Assembly: GCA_949841045.1 (NCBI GenBank) | Contig: CATKXS010000003.1 | Coordinates: 7,796 to 71,795, forward strand | Origin: an uncultured Clostridia bacterium | GTDB lineage: Bacteria; Bacillota; Clostridia; Christensenellales; UBA1242 | Length of the DNA: 64,000 nucleotides | Reading direction: 5' to 3' | In this document: one piece after another, positions 18,412 to 29,221 of the stretch | Numbering within the stretch: position 1 is the stretch's first letter | How the letters are laid out: each line of letters starts with the position of its first letter | Notes under the pieces: model-generated | Databases searched by the model: none | Told to the model about the DNA's origin: nothing | The model's input: only the letters and a program-made list of their open reading frames with translations | Translations under genes and position numbers: made by a program

Positions 18412-18969
18412 CTAGACAGATTTAATAGGATTATTACCCCAAAGTGCTTCTATATCTTGATTTTCTTCAACTGCCTCAGCCAAAACAGTCACAATATATT
18501 TGGTATTAGTTTGCAAATGCGTGGCCTCATTTATCATAATATGCGAGCATAATGCGACTTTATTTTGCATAGTTAGAAGGTCATTAAAATAGTAATAACC
18601 GTCACCCTCATTATAACTCCAATTTACTGTTTCATCTAAATCCATTTTTAATGTTTGATTTCCACTAGAATAAATAAAAATCTTTGCTCTTAGATAAACC
18701 GATTTTTCATCGTCCATATTTTTTATAGAAATAATTTGAGGCAATTTATCACCTGCAAGAAAAGAGCCTTCAAGATTAAATGAAATAGAATTTGCAGAAT
18801 TTTTGTCTACACCCATTTGCAATGTTTTGCCAAGCTTTAAATCTGTAGTATAAGATACCTCAGTTTTAAAATACCAGCCAGAAATACCAAGATAAATTGA
18901 CAAAGCAAGAAGTAGCGCAAGAAGCACTACTGTAAACAACCATCCAAAATTTTCACGTTTTATTTTCAT
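18412..18969 (-). CDS. Secreted protein, tentatively TasA/camelysin-like
   Basis: N-terminal TM/signal. The beta-rich body with AGDKLPQIISIKN..VYLRAKI and a C-terminal TVLAEAVE pattern is reminiscent of the M73/TasA family. This is a weak call made by eye. Confidence 0.35.
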   Translation of the reverse strand: MKIKRENFGWLFTVVLLALLLALSIYLGISGWYFKTEVSYTTDLKLGKTLQMGVDKNSANSISFNLEGSFLAGDKLPQIISIKNMDDEKSVYLRAKIFIYSSGNQTLKMDLDETVNWSYNEGDGYYYFNDLLTMQNKVALCSHIMINEATHLQTNTKYIVTVLAEAVEENQDIEALWGNNPIKSV

Positions 18970-18991
18970 GGTTTTATTTTGTTAAATTTTA

Positions 18992-20377
18992 TTACAAATA
19001 TTCCTTAATTCCAGATTTACTTTTGTTTTTACGTCTCTTAGCGCGGTCAGCACGAAATCTATTTATTTGTTCTTGCTTAAACACTTCACTTTCTTGTGCT
19101 AAATTTTCACGAATAACTTCCCACTTATACTTCTTGTTTCCATAAGCAAACTCATAAGAGAGAATGCAAACTCCTTGAACTAGGTATGCGTAATAAGAAC
19201 AAATACGCCAAATAATTAGAACCCAAGCGAGAATTGAGGTATGACCTACGACAGCAGAGAACGCAGCTGTAAAGGAAATTTCATTTAGTCCCGTTCCACC
19301 AGGTAATGGGAAAAAAGAAGATGAAAGGTCGACAAGACAGGTCATAACAAATAATTTAAAGTACATTTCACCAGCAATATTTGGAATAAATAAACTTACA
19401 ATAAAGAAAGGCATTGAATAATTTATGAAATTTCTAAGCAAACTCACAAAAATCATAATTATGAAATCTTTAGGACTCTTTGCGTATTGCTTCATAACAT
19501 CTTGGAAATCGCCTATATATTTAGTTATTTTTTCATAAAGTTTATCGTAATTTTTAACAATTTTCATCTTTTGAAGAAGTTTTAGTCCTTTTGCAACAAG
19601 CTTCTTTCCAAACGATTTGCAAACAGACAAGAAAATTACAACAAAAAGCATAAAAGAACTTAAAACAAAGCCAAGTACACTGGTAATTGAAACAAATGTA
19701 CCATAACTTTTATCAGTCCAAGAAATAACGAGGCATATAAAACTTATTATAACCCAGGCAATTTGACCAAACACATATTTTGCAAGAGGTATAGAAAGAG
19801 AGGTGTGAAGAGGTACTCCATGCGATTTTAAATATGTTATTTGAAATGGTTGTCCTCCTGTTGCCATTGGAGTAATACAATCGTAATACTTACCTATTTC
19901 GGTCACTTTATAAGCTGTCCCAAACTTCCATTTACCAGTTGAATGTTTTAATAAATAACTCATTGCAAAAGTTTCAACCAAAACCACTAAACAAAATAGT
20001 AAAGCAAGTACAAACAATGAACCCACATTAAAGCGAAGATTTTCAATAGGAGAAATATCTTCTTTGAGTAATTGATAAACCAAAATTCCTGCAACAACGA
20101 AAATATTGACAATAAAAAATACTATGTTTAAGATTTTGCTCTTTTTGCTGTTTTGTTTTGAAACAGATTGTTCAACTTCATCCAATTTTTTCTTTTGCTC
20201 TGAAATATTATCATCTTGCAATTTTTTTAAATCTTTTTGTTCGCTTGTCAAGGCTTCCTCATCCTTTTTAGGTTCCTTAGATACTAAAATAGATTCCCCT
20301 TGCTCAAGCGGAATTAAATCATCTATATTTTCTTGAATTACTATTTCTTCTTTCTTGTCGCTTTTGGATTTAGTCAT
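18992..20377 (-). CDS. Flippase-like / LPG-synthase-TM (UPF0104) family membrane protein with a K/E-rich N-terminal extension
   Basis: Multi-TM protein with the family motif TPMATGGQPFQI. Confidence 0.65.
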   Translation of the reverse strand: MTKSKSDKKEEIVIQENIDDLIPLEQGESILVSKEPKKDEEALTSEQKDLKKLQDDNISEQKKKLDEVEQSVSKQNSKKSKILNIVFFIVNIFVVAGILVYQLLKEDISPIENLRFNVGSLFVLALLFCLVVLVETFAMSYLLKHSTGKWKFGTAYKVTEIGKYYDCITPMATGGQPFQITYLKSHGVPLHTSLSIPLAKYVFGQIAWVIISFICLVISWTDKSYGTFVSITSVLGFVLSSFMLFVVIFLSVCKSFGKKLVAKGLKLLQKMKIVKNYDKLYEKITKYIGDFQDVMKQYAKSPKDFIIMIFVSLLRNFINYSMPFFIVSLFIPNIAGEMYFKLFVMTCLVDLSSSFFPLPGGTGLNEISFTAAFSAVVGHTSILAWVLIIWRICSYYAYLVQGVCILSYEFAYGNKKYKWEVIRENLAQESEVFKQEQINRFRADRAKRRKNKSKSGIKEYL

Positions 20378-20442
20378 AGTCTTAGTGATATATTAACAAA
20401 AAATAGATGTTATTGTCAAGACAAAACACCTATTTTAACATT

Positions 20443-22206
20443 CTAACCCTTCAAGGCTTTAGGGAATCTTCCTCTGTACACCTTAATATCATAATTTTCT
20501 CTTATAAAGTTAATATTAGCCTGCTCAAACATTGCGTAACTATCATTGTAAATCTCATCATAAAGAACATCAAAATATGTCTTATCAATAAGCAGATTTA
20601 CACGAGTACTATATAAAACTTCAATTGCATCTTGGCCCTCTTCGTCCTCATAATTTCCGCCAAGTTCAAAACTAGAATCTATTCCGTCAAATAAGTTTGT
20701 GCACTCACCTGTATATATAAGAACATGGACACCATAAGAACTGCGTGCGACAGCCATATCACCAATTTGACCTTTTCCATCGTTGTATAACTCAAGTCCG
20801 GCATCGTTAAATTCTGTAACAAAATTAGAAACAGCCTTACCCTCTTTATCAACCCCTATCACATAATTAGCGTCTGAAGAAAACATTCCATCGTCTTCAT
20901 TATATGTGTATAAGAGTTCTTTTATCTCGTCACCAACATAATTCACATCGCCTGTACTTTGGGCATTTTTAAGAGCTGGCTCAATTCTATTATAGATTAT
21001 ATCATTTACAGAAAGGTCCTCTCTCTTTTCACCCTCATAATTGCCAGTATCACTATTGAAAGTTCTTTGAACTGGTTTTAGTTTGTTGTTGTAAAGGTCA
21101 TCAAGTTCAGCTTCATAATTTTCATTCAAATTTGAATTTGCTGTGATTTTGTTGTACTCTGCAGTTTGATTGTCATCAAATTTAAATAGAATATTTACAA
21201 CTTTAAAATATTTAGTTGAATCATTGTCATTTTTAAAATAATAAACACTATTTACTGAACCTGAAACATCACTGTCATAACTGCTGTCTTCTTCAATAAA
21301 GTATTTTGTATATCCTGCTCTAACCTTACTTGAATAAAGACGAAGAATATCATCGGCAGTTACTGAAGAAATTTGTGAAGAAGTTTTATTGTATTCTGAA
21401 TATTTTTGTACTAAATAATTTTCATAATTGATTTTATAAAGTCTTTCTATTTCGCGTTCAAACATTGTCTTAGTTTTAGTAGAAAGTTTCATACCATATT
21501 CAGCAGATTTCAAGTCTAAAAGATATAAATTTAACGCCTTTTCGTGGTCTCTATCAACTAAAGCAGTTTGAATTAAATTATCATAAATCTCTGCTCTATC
21601 TTCGCTGTTATAATAATCTTTATAGCCATTTGCAGGTTTGAAGCCATCAAGAAGTCCATCTTCTTTATTGACTTTTTCAATTACATAACCGCCCTTGTTA
21701 TCATTCAATGTTGCGTCATATTTCAACACAACATTTTTATCATATCCATTAAAGCTAATTCCATCATTTGTATCCTCACCGCTTGTAGTACCAACGATGT
21801 CATTATAATAACTATTATAGTTGTTATTTAATGAATTTACTGCTTGTTCATAGATATAAGTCTTTTCAAGCTCAGATAACCCACTGCCCGTTTTATAGTC
21901 AATTCCAAAAAGTTCTTCTGCTGTCATAATGATTATCTTACGATTTTCAAGTTGTTTTAAAGTCATATCTACTGCTTCAGACACAGAATAATTATAATGT
22001 TGGACATATAGATTTCCATAGCTTTCATAACCAGATAATAAGTCGCGGTTTGTAATTTCCGCCACCTTATTATCACCTCTATAAATTTCAGCCACTACAG
22101 AATTATATAATTTACCATTGTTTGTCTCCACCAGACTGCACCCTGTAAAGAGTGACATACATAGAAGTACAAAACACATAACAATTGCTTTTAAACCTTT
22201 TTTCAT
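20443..22206 (-). CDS. PrsA/SurA-like parvulin-type foldase lipoprotein
   Basis: Start placed at ATG 22206 (MKKGLKAIV..), with GGAG upstream. Lipobox LFTGC. C-terminal parvulin-like SSYGVHVLIYTG. Its position downstream of mfd matches clostridial synteny. Confidence 0.65.
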   Translation of the reverse strand: MKKGLKAIVMCFVLLCMSLFTGCSLVETNNGKLYNSVVAEIYRGDNKVAEITNRDLLSGYESYGNLYVQHYNYSVSEAVDMTLKQLENRKIIIMTAEELFGIDYKTGSGLSELEKTYIYEQAVNSLNNNYNSYYNDIVGTTSGEDTNDGISFNGYDKNVVLKYDATLNDNKGGYVIEKVNKEDGLLDGFKPANGYKDYYNSEDRAEIYDNLIQTALVDRDHEKALNLYLLDLKSAEYGMKLSTKTKTMFEREIERLYKINYENYLVQKYSEYNKTSSQISSVTADDILRLYSSKVRAGYTKYFIEEDSSYDSDVSGSVNSVYYFKNDNDSTKYFKVVNILFKFDDNQTAEYNKITANSNLNENYEAELDDLYNNKLKPVQRTFNSDTGNYEGEKREDLSVNDIIYNRIEPALKNAQSTGDVNYVGDEIKELLYTYNEDDGMFSSDANYVIGVDKEGKAVSNFVTEFNDAGLELYNDGKGQIGDMAVARSSYGVHVLIYTGECTNLFDGIDSSFELGGNYEDEEGQDAIEVLYSTRVNLLIDKTYFDVLYDEIYNDSYAMFEQANINFIRENYDIKVYRGRFPKALKG

Positions 22207-22296
22207 TTTAACTCCAATTAAAATATAAACATATTTTAGCATATATAAACAGAAAATTTCAACTAAATTAAGGTTATTTTTTAATTATATTTAATT

Positions 22297-25200
22297 TTAA
22301 TTCACTGCTCTTTCAAAAAATTCAATCATTTTATTCATTTTTTCATAGGTATTTCCTACAAGGTCGAATTTGATTTTGACATCGTTATCATAAATAAGTC
22401 TTGCCTTAAATTCATTTAATAGTTTTGCTAGCCTTTCGTCTATTACCTTTTCGTCCTTTTCAAGACAAATTAAACATGATGAATTATTGATAACAATCCT
22501 CTTTACTTTAAAGTCACTTGAAAGATTTCTTAGGTATGCTAAATAACAAAGATTTTTTACTTCTTGCCCTACCTGGCCATATCCATCTTCCAAACTTGTA
22601 AGAAGACCTTTCATTTCAGCTTGTGAGGTTATTTCACTTATCCTTGAGTAGTACATAACTCTTTGGTCGCTATCTTCTATATAGTCTTCACTAATATAAG
22701 CAGAGATATTAACCTCCACTTTAACTTCGCTCTTTCTCTTTATAGTCTCACCTTTAAGTTCTCTCACCTCTTCGTCGAGAAGTTTAACATACATATCATA
22801 ACCAACCTTTTCGATATGGCCATGCTGTTGTTTTCCAAATATGTTTCCCGCTCCTCTTATTTCAAGGTCGCGAAGTGCTATTTTAAAACCACTACCAAGT
22901 TGACTAAATTCTTTTATAGCCTCAAGTCTCTTATATGCCTCATCGTTTAATTGCTTATCCTTAACATAAGTCATATAAGCATAGCTGAGTTTATCACTCC
23001 TTCCAATTCTACCACGAAGCTGATAAAGTTGACTAAGTCCCAGTCTGTCCGCTTCTACCACTACCATAGTATTTGCCAGTGGTAAGTTGATACCATTTTC
23101 AATAAGCGTTGTTGCAACTAGCACATTATACTCATTGTTATAAAGTCTCTCTATTACATTCTCAAGAAGTTTTTCATTCATCTGCCCATGCGCAACTCCG
23201 ACACGTGCGTTTGGAATCAGATTTCTAAGATAACTTGCAAACTCCTCAATACTTTCCACACGATTATACACAACAAAACTTTGACCACCTCTTGAAATCT
23301 CACGAGAGATAACATCTTTAAATAACTGGTCACTTTCTTCTGACACATAAGTCTGAATAGGAAGTCTATCTTTAGGCGGAGTCTCAATTATGGAAATATC
23401 CCTTATGCCTGACAGGGACATATTGAGCGTTCTTGGAATAGGCGTTGCAGAAAGAGAAAGCGAGTCTATATTTTTATAAGTTGATTTAATCTTCTCTTTA
23501 TGTTCGACACCAAAGCGTTGTTCTTCATCGAGAATTAGAAGCCCAAGGTCTTTATACTTGACGTCATCACTGAGAAGTCTATGTGTTCCAATAAGAACAT
23601 CAATTTCGCCTTCAGCCACTTTTCTTAAAATATCTTTAATCTGCTGTGTTGTTTTAAATCTATTTATAACTTCTACCTTAACACCAAAAGGCTCTAATCT
23701 CTCTTTTGCTGTACGATAATGTTGTTGTGAAAGAATTGTTGTCGGACATAAGAAGGCCACCTGCTTAGCATTGTAGACACATTTAAACACCGCTCTAAGA
23801 GCCACTTCTGTTTTACCAAAACCAACATCTCCGCAAATAAGCCTTTCCATGACTTTGTCGCTTTCCATGTCTTTATTGATGTCATTGATTGCAAGAAGTT
23901 GGTCTGGCGTTTCACTATATCCAAACGCCTCTGCAAATCTTTGTTCAAGGTAATCGTCACGCTTAAACTTAAAACCTTTAATACTTTCTCTCGCCTTATA
24001 TATTTCAACGAGTGAAATTGCCATTTCTTTAATGCTTGATTTAACTCTTGCAATAAGCCTTGCAAATTCAGCACCGCCCAGCGTTGACAATTTTGGAGTT
24101 TCTTCGCCACCGACATATGCTGAAAGCGTATTCGCTTCCTCACTTGGAAGATATAAAATATCACCCTTTTTGTACTCGATTACAAAGTAGTCCTTTTCAA
24201 TATCGGCAATTTTAAGTCTTTCAATTTTAATGCATTTTCCAATTCCATGAAAGGTATGAACAACATATTCACCCACTTTTGGAAGATAGAAAGTTGAATG
24301 TTTACTCTTTGAAAAACTAGTATTATTTCTTCTATAAAGACTGTCGCAGCCAATTGCAGTCAACCCTTCCTTTAAGAAAGAAAAGCCTTCTGGTACTGGC
24401 AAACTTGAAATGTAAATATTTCCTTTCTCAAGTTCTTCACTTCTCTCAAAATCAAAATATGAAAATCCATTTTCAATCAAAAAACTTTCAAGGTTTTTCT
24501 TAAAACGCTCTTCTCCAGCAAAAAGAACAATACTTTGATTAAGTTTTTTGAATTCCTTAATATCATTTTTAAGTGCCATAAAGTCGGTAAGATAACTTCG
24601 GCTTGCTATCATATCGTTATAATACGCATCTTTTTCATGCGTTAAATTGTCAAAAATGTGGTCTGCTTTTGAATATAATTCACTATAGGTTTTATAAAAG
24701 CGCTTATCAAAGAATGAAGATACTTTATAGCTTTGAAATAACAGGTTTATTTCTTCTTCAGTTTTCTTTGGCTCATCAATAACTTTCACACCATCGAGGT
24801 CAAATGCACAGTCCTCTCCGATTGGTAAAAATGCTGAAAATATCTCACATTCTTCAATATTTTTAACATTTTTCATGCTTTGAGGGTCAAAAATGGATAT
24901 ATTTTCAATAATTTCATCAAAAAGTTCAATTCTAACAGGATATTCACTCGAAGTGATAAATACGTCTAAAATGTCCCCTCTAAGTGCAAATTGACCGCTT
25001 TCGCTAGCAAGACCTGTGCGTTCATAGCCTAAAGCCACTAAACGAGATAATATCTTCTCAAGGTCTATATTTTCACCCTTTTTTAGCTTAAAAGAGGCAA
25101 TTTTCTCTTTATTAAACTTAATTATGGCTGAGCAAGGCAAAAAGATGAGTGCATCAAGCTGACCTGAAAGATATTTGTTTAAGCTTTGAACATATGGCAA

Positions 25201-25440
25201 AAGGTTTTTATCATTTTCATCATCGTTTTCTCTTGCATTGGTTACAATCTCAACTTTTTTGCCAAAACCCTCAAGTCCTCTTTTCATTTTGCCAGCTGAA
25301 ACAAAATTGCTACACAAAAAAACTAAGCGATTATATGAGGAGGCAACAGCCACCTTTTCTCCACCGCTTAATCCTGAAATCGTTTTGTAGTTTGAAATTT
25401 TGTTCAGTTTTTCAAATTTCAATTTAATCTCGAGCTCCAA
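22297..25440 (-). CDS. mfd: Transcription-repair coupling factor Mfd
   Basis: 1047 aa. SF2 helicase motifs [11 protein letters not shown] and DEEQRFGV, plus the TRG-type region. TTG start overlapping the pth 3' end. Confidence 0.92.
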   Translation of the reverse strand: MELEIKLKFEKLNKISNYKTISGLSGGEKVAVASSYNRLVFLCSNFVSAGKMKRGLEGFGKKVEIVTNARENDDENDKNLLPYVQSLNKYLSGQLDALIFLPCSAIIKFNKEKIASFKLKKGENIDLEKILSRLVALGYERTGLASESGQFALRGDILDVFITSSEYPVRIELFDEIIENISIFDPQSMKNVKNIEECEIFSAFLPIGEDCAFDLDGVKVIDEPKKTEEEINLLFQSYKVSSFFDKRFYKTYSELYSKADHIFDNLTHEKDAYYNDMIASRSYLTDFMALKNDIKEFKKLNQSIVLFAGEERFKKNLESFLIENGFSYFDFERSEELEKGNIYISSLPVPEGFSFLKEGLTAIGCDSLYRRNNTSFSKSKHSTFYLPKVGEYVVHTFHGIGKCIKIERLKIADIEKDYFVIEYKKGDILYLPSEEANTLSAYVGGEETPKLSTLGGAEFARLIARVKSSIKEMAISLVEIYKARESIKGFKFKRDDYLEQRFAEAFGYSETPDQLLAINDINKDMESDKVMERLICGDVGFGKTEVALRAVFKCVYNAKQVAFLCPTTILSQQHYRTAKERLEPFGVKVEVINRFKTTQQIKDILRKVAEGEIDVLIGTHRLLSDDVKYKDLGLLILDEEQRFGVEHKEKIKSTYKNIDSLSLSATPIPRTLNMSLSGIRDISIIETPPKDRLPIQTYVSEESDQLFKDVISREISRGGQSFVVYNRVESIEEFASYLRNLIPNARVGVAHGQMNEKLLENVIERLYNNEYNVLVATTLIENGINLPLANTMVVVEADRLGLSQLYQLRGRIGRSDKLSYAYMTYVKDKQLNDEAYKRLEAIKEFSQLGSGFKIALRDLEIRGAGNIFGKQQHGHIEKVGYDMYVKLLDEEVRELKGETIKRKSEVKVEVNISAYISEDYIEDSDQRVMYYSRISEITSQAEMKGLLTSLEDGYGQVGQEVKNLCYLAYLRNLSSDFKVKRIVINNSSCLICLEKDEKVIDERLAKLLNEFKARLIYDNDVKIKFDLVGNTYEKMNKMIEFFERAVN

Positions 25441-25945
25441 TTTTTTCTAATATGAGTTTAACCGCCTCATCAATGGCATTATTAAAAAGTTCTTTATCTT
25501 CCTCTTTGATATTTGAAAGAACAAAGTCTGCAAGGTCTCTATTTTTATCTCGACCAATTCCAACCCTTACTCTTTCAAAATTTTCACCAACATAACTTAC
25601 AATTGAGCGTAGTCCATTGTGCGTTCCAGAACTACCCTTTTCTCTATAACGAATTTTACCTTTTTCAAGGTCGATGTCGTCAACAATAACAAGCAGCCTA
25701 CTTTCTGCAAATTTGTTTTTAAGCATAACCGCACTTTCGCCACTGTTGTTCATATATGTTGTAGGTTTACAAATTAAAACCTTTTGACCATCCACCCTTG
25801 CCTCTGCAATCATAGCCTTATATTTTTCTTTAGTAAAAGTTGTATCCAGTCTTTCAGCAAGCCTGTCCGCCACCATAAATCCTATATTGTGAAATGTGTT
25901 TTTGTACTCCTCGCCCTTGTTGCCAAGTCCCATTATGATATACAT
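25424..25945 (-). CDS. pth: Peptidyl-tRNA hydrolase
   Basis: 173 aa with GLGNKGEEYKNTFHNIGF and THNGLRS motifs. Confidence 0.92.
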   Translation of the reverse strand: MYIIMGLGNKGEEYKNTFHNIGFMVADRLAERLDTTFTKEKYKAMIAEARVDGQKVLICKPTTYMNNSGESAVMLKNKFAESRLLVIVDDIDLEKGKIRYREKGSSGTHNGLRSIVSYVGENFERVRVGIGRDKNRDLADFVLSNIKEEDKELFNNAIDEAVKLILEKIGARD

Positions 25946-26835
25946 TATCTCACCTCGTTATTGAGAGTGTTCCCTTCTTCAATTGTAACCCCTTCAGTAA
26001 CCTTTGAATTTTTAATGACAGAAGAATAGATATGGCAATTATTTAAAATTATACTGTTGTCAATAATGTTTCCACTTTCAAGCACGCTTCCGCTTGATAC
26101 AATAGTTTGTCCTTTTAAAATGTTGTTTGGATAGATTATAACACCGCTGTCAATTTCAACATCAGCATCAATAAAAACAGTGCTTTTGCCAAAAACTGTC
26201 ACGCCATTCTTCATGTGGTAATTTACAATTCTCTCATTCAAAGTTTCATAAGCAACAGAAAGATTATAAGAATTATCACATCTAAGTAATTTAACAATGT
26301 TACTTCCGCCAGTTGCACTTTGAATAAAGTTTGGACTGTTTTTCAAAAACTCGGTCTTTACAACAAAGCCTCTTGTGAGCTGAAGGAAGTTTACGCTTCT
26401 TCCTGCAAAGTAGTCCATAATCTTAAAGAAGGATGACTTATCAAGAAGTGGTGTATCACTATAAAAGAGCGCAATATAATGCTTATTAGTATGAATGTTT
26501 CTGATTTTTGCGATTATATCTTCGCAGTCCTCTATCACCATTTGTTCGCAACAAGAACCTGCAAGACAAACCCAGTCAACCATTTTCTTTCCGCAAAGTT
26601 CAAGAGAAGGAAGATTTGGAGCAAGCTCATTATTATAAGCCTTCACTACGACAAAAAGAACCTCATCTTTAATGTAATCATGACTGAGAGGTTTGATAAG
26701 TGGCTGAGCAATTGATAAACTCTCCTCCTCTAAAAGTTCATCAAAATCAAAGGAAATTTGGTCCTTTGCTATATCTAAAATTAATTCTTTATTTTCCATA
26801 GAAAATATTATAAACGTTAAACAGTCAAAAGTCAA
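25945..26835 (-). CDS. GlmU-like protein (nucleotidyltransferase-like N-domain plus a short left-handed beta-helix), degenerate
   Basis: It occupies the glmU slot upstream of pth. LELCGKKMVDWV and YSDTPLL resemble GlmU, and the C-terminus has hexapeptide repeats. By eye I could not find the GxGT(R/K)M signature. It is only 296 aa. The start is uncertain (26835 or 26799). Confidence 0.4.
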   Translation of the reverse strand: MTFDCLTFIIFSMENKELILDIAKDQISFDFDELLEEESLSIAQPLIKPLSHDYIKDEVLFVVVKAYNNELAPNLPSLELCGKKMVDWVCLAGSCCEQMVIEDCEDIIAKIRNIHTNKHYIALFYSDTPLLDKSSFFKIMDYFAGRSVNFLQLTRGFVVKTEFLKNSPNFIQSATGGSNIVKLLRCDNSYNLSVAYETLNERIVNYHMKNGVTVFGKSTVFIDADVEIDSGVIIYPNNILKGQTIVSSGSVLESGNIIDNSIILNNCHIYSSVIKNSKVTEGVTIEEGNTLNNEVR

Positions 26836-26956
26836 TCGTTTTAAAAGTCAAAAATGAAAAATAGAATATGCACTTTTTTAAAAAATCTTAAAAATATTAT
26901 AAAATCATTTTATATTTTTTTATTATTATGTTAAACTTATGTTAAGTGAGGTAAAA

Positions 26957-28015
26957 ATGAAATCAGTCAAGCTAAAAATGGCAAGTTTTATTTCAGTTTT
27001 ATTATTTTTAATTATTCTCATTGGGCTTTTACCTAGTTTAACTCTTTCAGCAAGTGCTGAGACAAGTCCAAATTTTTCTATTAGTGTCTACGGCCGAGAC
27101 GGTTCATTGCAGTCCTCGCCAAACTCCTACTATTATGATGGCACTGCTCATGTATATAAATGGGCAGATGTAGAAAAATTTGTATTTGACTTTGACGCTA
27201 CTGACATTCCTGCTGCTATTGATGATAATGGCAATCTATATTACTCTGTTTCAGTTGACATTGAATATCTTAAGGCTTATAAAGAAAACAACAACTTCTA
27301 TCAAGGCGGAACAATCTATTTAAACAGTTGTTATAGTGCTCGATATGATGGCGAAAACGGAAATCAAGATTTAATTAAATATAAGCCAGAATTTAATATT
27401 GACAAAGGTTTGACAATGTCGTCAATCACTGGAATTCAAGCAACCGTCAACGAATGGGGCATTTATAAGTTTAGAATAATTATAAACAACATACCTGCAT
27501 ATTCAGATTATTATATCATTGAACCTACTAGAGAAGTTTACAGCCTTCCTCAACCTACAATGAGAATTGTCAGCAGTGATTCTTCTCTTCGTAATGCCTA
27601 CGAGTTCACCCTTTTAAATGAAGAATTGTATAGATATATTGATGCTTCTAAGCTTATTTGGTATGCAAAAGGCACAACCACTGACGGGAAAATTTATGCT
27701 CTTACTAGAAATGACCTTACTAAAACTGCTTTCTCTGACTGCTCTGACGCACTTTACGATGAAAACGAGTGGAAAAGAACAGGCCTTGAATTTATCTTTG
27801 ATGATGACGGCAAATTTGGTAAATGGGAAATTTGGTGCGAATATCAACCAGAAGGCTCAAGCACTCCGCTTGAAAGTAAAATTACACAAATTGAAACAAA
27901 GATTGCATTCAACAAAATGATTGTTGTTTGGATAATCGTTCCACTTGCACTTGCAGGAATCGCAGTAACTATTGGCATTTGCATTTATAAAGCAAAGAGA
28001 GAAAAGGTTTATTAA
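26957..28015 (+). CDS. Secreted, C-terminally TM-anchored surface protein, hypothetical
   Basis: Start placed at ATG 26957 after GTGAGGT. Signal peptide ..LSASA-ET and a C-terminal TM helix followed by KAKREKVY. Confidence 0.6.
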   Translation: MKSVKLKMASFISVLLFLIILIGLLPSLTLSASAETSPNFSISVYGRDGSLQSSPNSYYYDGTAHVYKWADVEKFVFDFDATDIPAAIDDNGNLYYSVSVDIEYLKAYKENNNFYQGGTIYLNSCYSARYDGENGNQDLIKYKPEFNIDKGLTMSSITGIQATVNEWGIYKFRIIINNIPAYSDYYIIEPTREVYSLPQPTMRIVSSDSSLRNAYEFTLLNEELYRYIDASKLIWYAKGTTTDGKIYALTRNDLTKTAFSDCSDALYDENEWKRTGLEFIFDDDGKFGKWEIWCEYQPEGSSTPLESKITQIETKIAFNKMIVVWIIVPLALAGIAVTIGICIYKAKREKVY

Positions 28016-28018
28016 AAT

Positions 28019-28050
28019 AAAAATCCACTGATTTTGCAGTGGATTTTTTT
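28019..28050 (+). terminator. Intrinsic terminator (bidirectional in appearance)
   Basis: ATCCACTG 28023-28030 pairs with CAGTGGAT 28037-28044, followed by a T-run. Confidence 0.8.
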
Positions 28051-28089
28051 ATGCAAACAAGATTAATACTAGATTTATTGATTATCTTA

Positions 28090-28485
28090 TTATAGCACAT
28101 TATGGAAATTTGCACCCATAAAGTGCATATAACTTTTACAATAACTTTTAATAGTCTCTATTGATACCCTAAAAGCATCAATATCATCGCTTGCAATGTA
28201 TTGTTTAATTTTTGCTATCTCCTGTCCAATTTCTTGAATATTTTTATGATTGACCATATAGCAAAGTTTCCCCTCATCATCCTGCCAATTGTATTCCAAA
28301 TTGTCAATTGCAAGAGCCATTTCGGTTGTCTTTAAAGTATCATCTCGCTCTAAAATTTGCTCAATATAAAGGCACCTATCTTGGACATCTTGGAGGGACC
28401 TTGAGACGACAATTTCTTCTGCGACACATATTCCAACGAGCAAGAAGAGTATGAGCAGTAAATTTACGATATGAATGACTTTCAT
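28090..28485 (-). CDS. DUF4363-family protein
   Basis: 131 aa with an N-terminal TM. It has the typical 4-nt-overlap pairing with an upstream DUF421 gene. Confidence 0.55.
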   Translation of the reverse strand: MKVIHIVNLLLILFLLVGICVAEEIVVSRSLQDVQDRCLYIEQILERDDTLKTTEMALAIDNLEYNWQDDEGKLCYMVNHKNIQEIGQEIAKIKQYIASDDIDAFRVSIETIKSYCKSYMHFMGANFHNVL

Positions 28486-29195
28486 GCGCTCACCAGCCTT
28501 TGAGTTTCAAAGGTTTTGCCTTCCCCACTCTTCATTTGAATATATCCTTGACCTGCTTGGTCAACGGTAAGAAGAAGCACTTTTTTCAAACTTCCATTTC
28601 CTTTTTCTTTTACAAGGTTTGAAATTTGCATTTCATCAAGTCCAGCAATTTTTGCGTTTTCCTTGAGAATTTTCCCTTCGCTTACAAGTATTATTGGAAC
28701 AAAACTTTCATCAACCTGCAAATTTAAGTCTGCGTTTGTTGCTGGAGCAAATTCAGATTTTGGCATAACACTAACCTTTCCATTTGTCTCCATTATGGCA
28801 TATTGAACTTGTGAGATATTGAAATAGCCACATTCTCTAATTGCTGCAAAAATATCATCAGTGGTTAGATTCAACTTTTTCATTGCGTTATAATCAATTC
28901 CTTTTGGATTTATTATAATGCTTGGCTTTCCGCTTATAATCTTACTAAGAACAATGCTGCATTTTGTTAAAAGAGTAAGAAGGAAATGAAGAACGACAAG
29001 GGTAAAAAGAGGCACAACTCCATGAAGTACTGGAACGGAGACCTCCGCCATAGGAATTGTGGCAAGGTCTGCGATAATCAAAGTCAAAACAAGCTCAAAA
29101 GGTTGCATTTGTCCAAGTTGCCTTTTGCCCATAATCCTATATATAAAAAGCACTATAAAATAAATTATTATTGACCTAATTATAATTGTAAGCAT
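28482..29195 (-). CDS. DUF421 (YetF-family) membrane protein
   Basis: N-terminus IYRIMGKRQLGQMQPFELVLTLIIADL is characteristic of DUF421. Confidence 0.7.
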   Translation of the reverse strand: MLTIIIRSIIIYFIVLFIYRIMGKRQLGQMQPFELVLTLIIADLATIPMAEVSVPVLHGVVPLFTLVVLHFLLTLLTKCSIVLSKIISGKPSIIINPKGIDYNAMKKLNLTTDDIFAAIRECGYFNISQVQYAIMETNGKVSVMPKSEFAPATNADLNLQVDESFVPIILVSEGKILKENAKIAGLDEMQISNLVKEKGNGSLKKVLLLTVDQAGQGYIQMKSGEGKTFETQRLVSA

Positions 29196-29221
29196 AGTTT
29201 ATTTTGTGCATTTTTATATTT

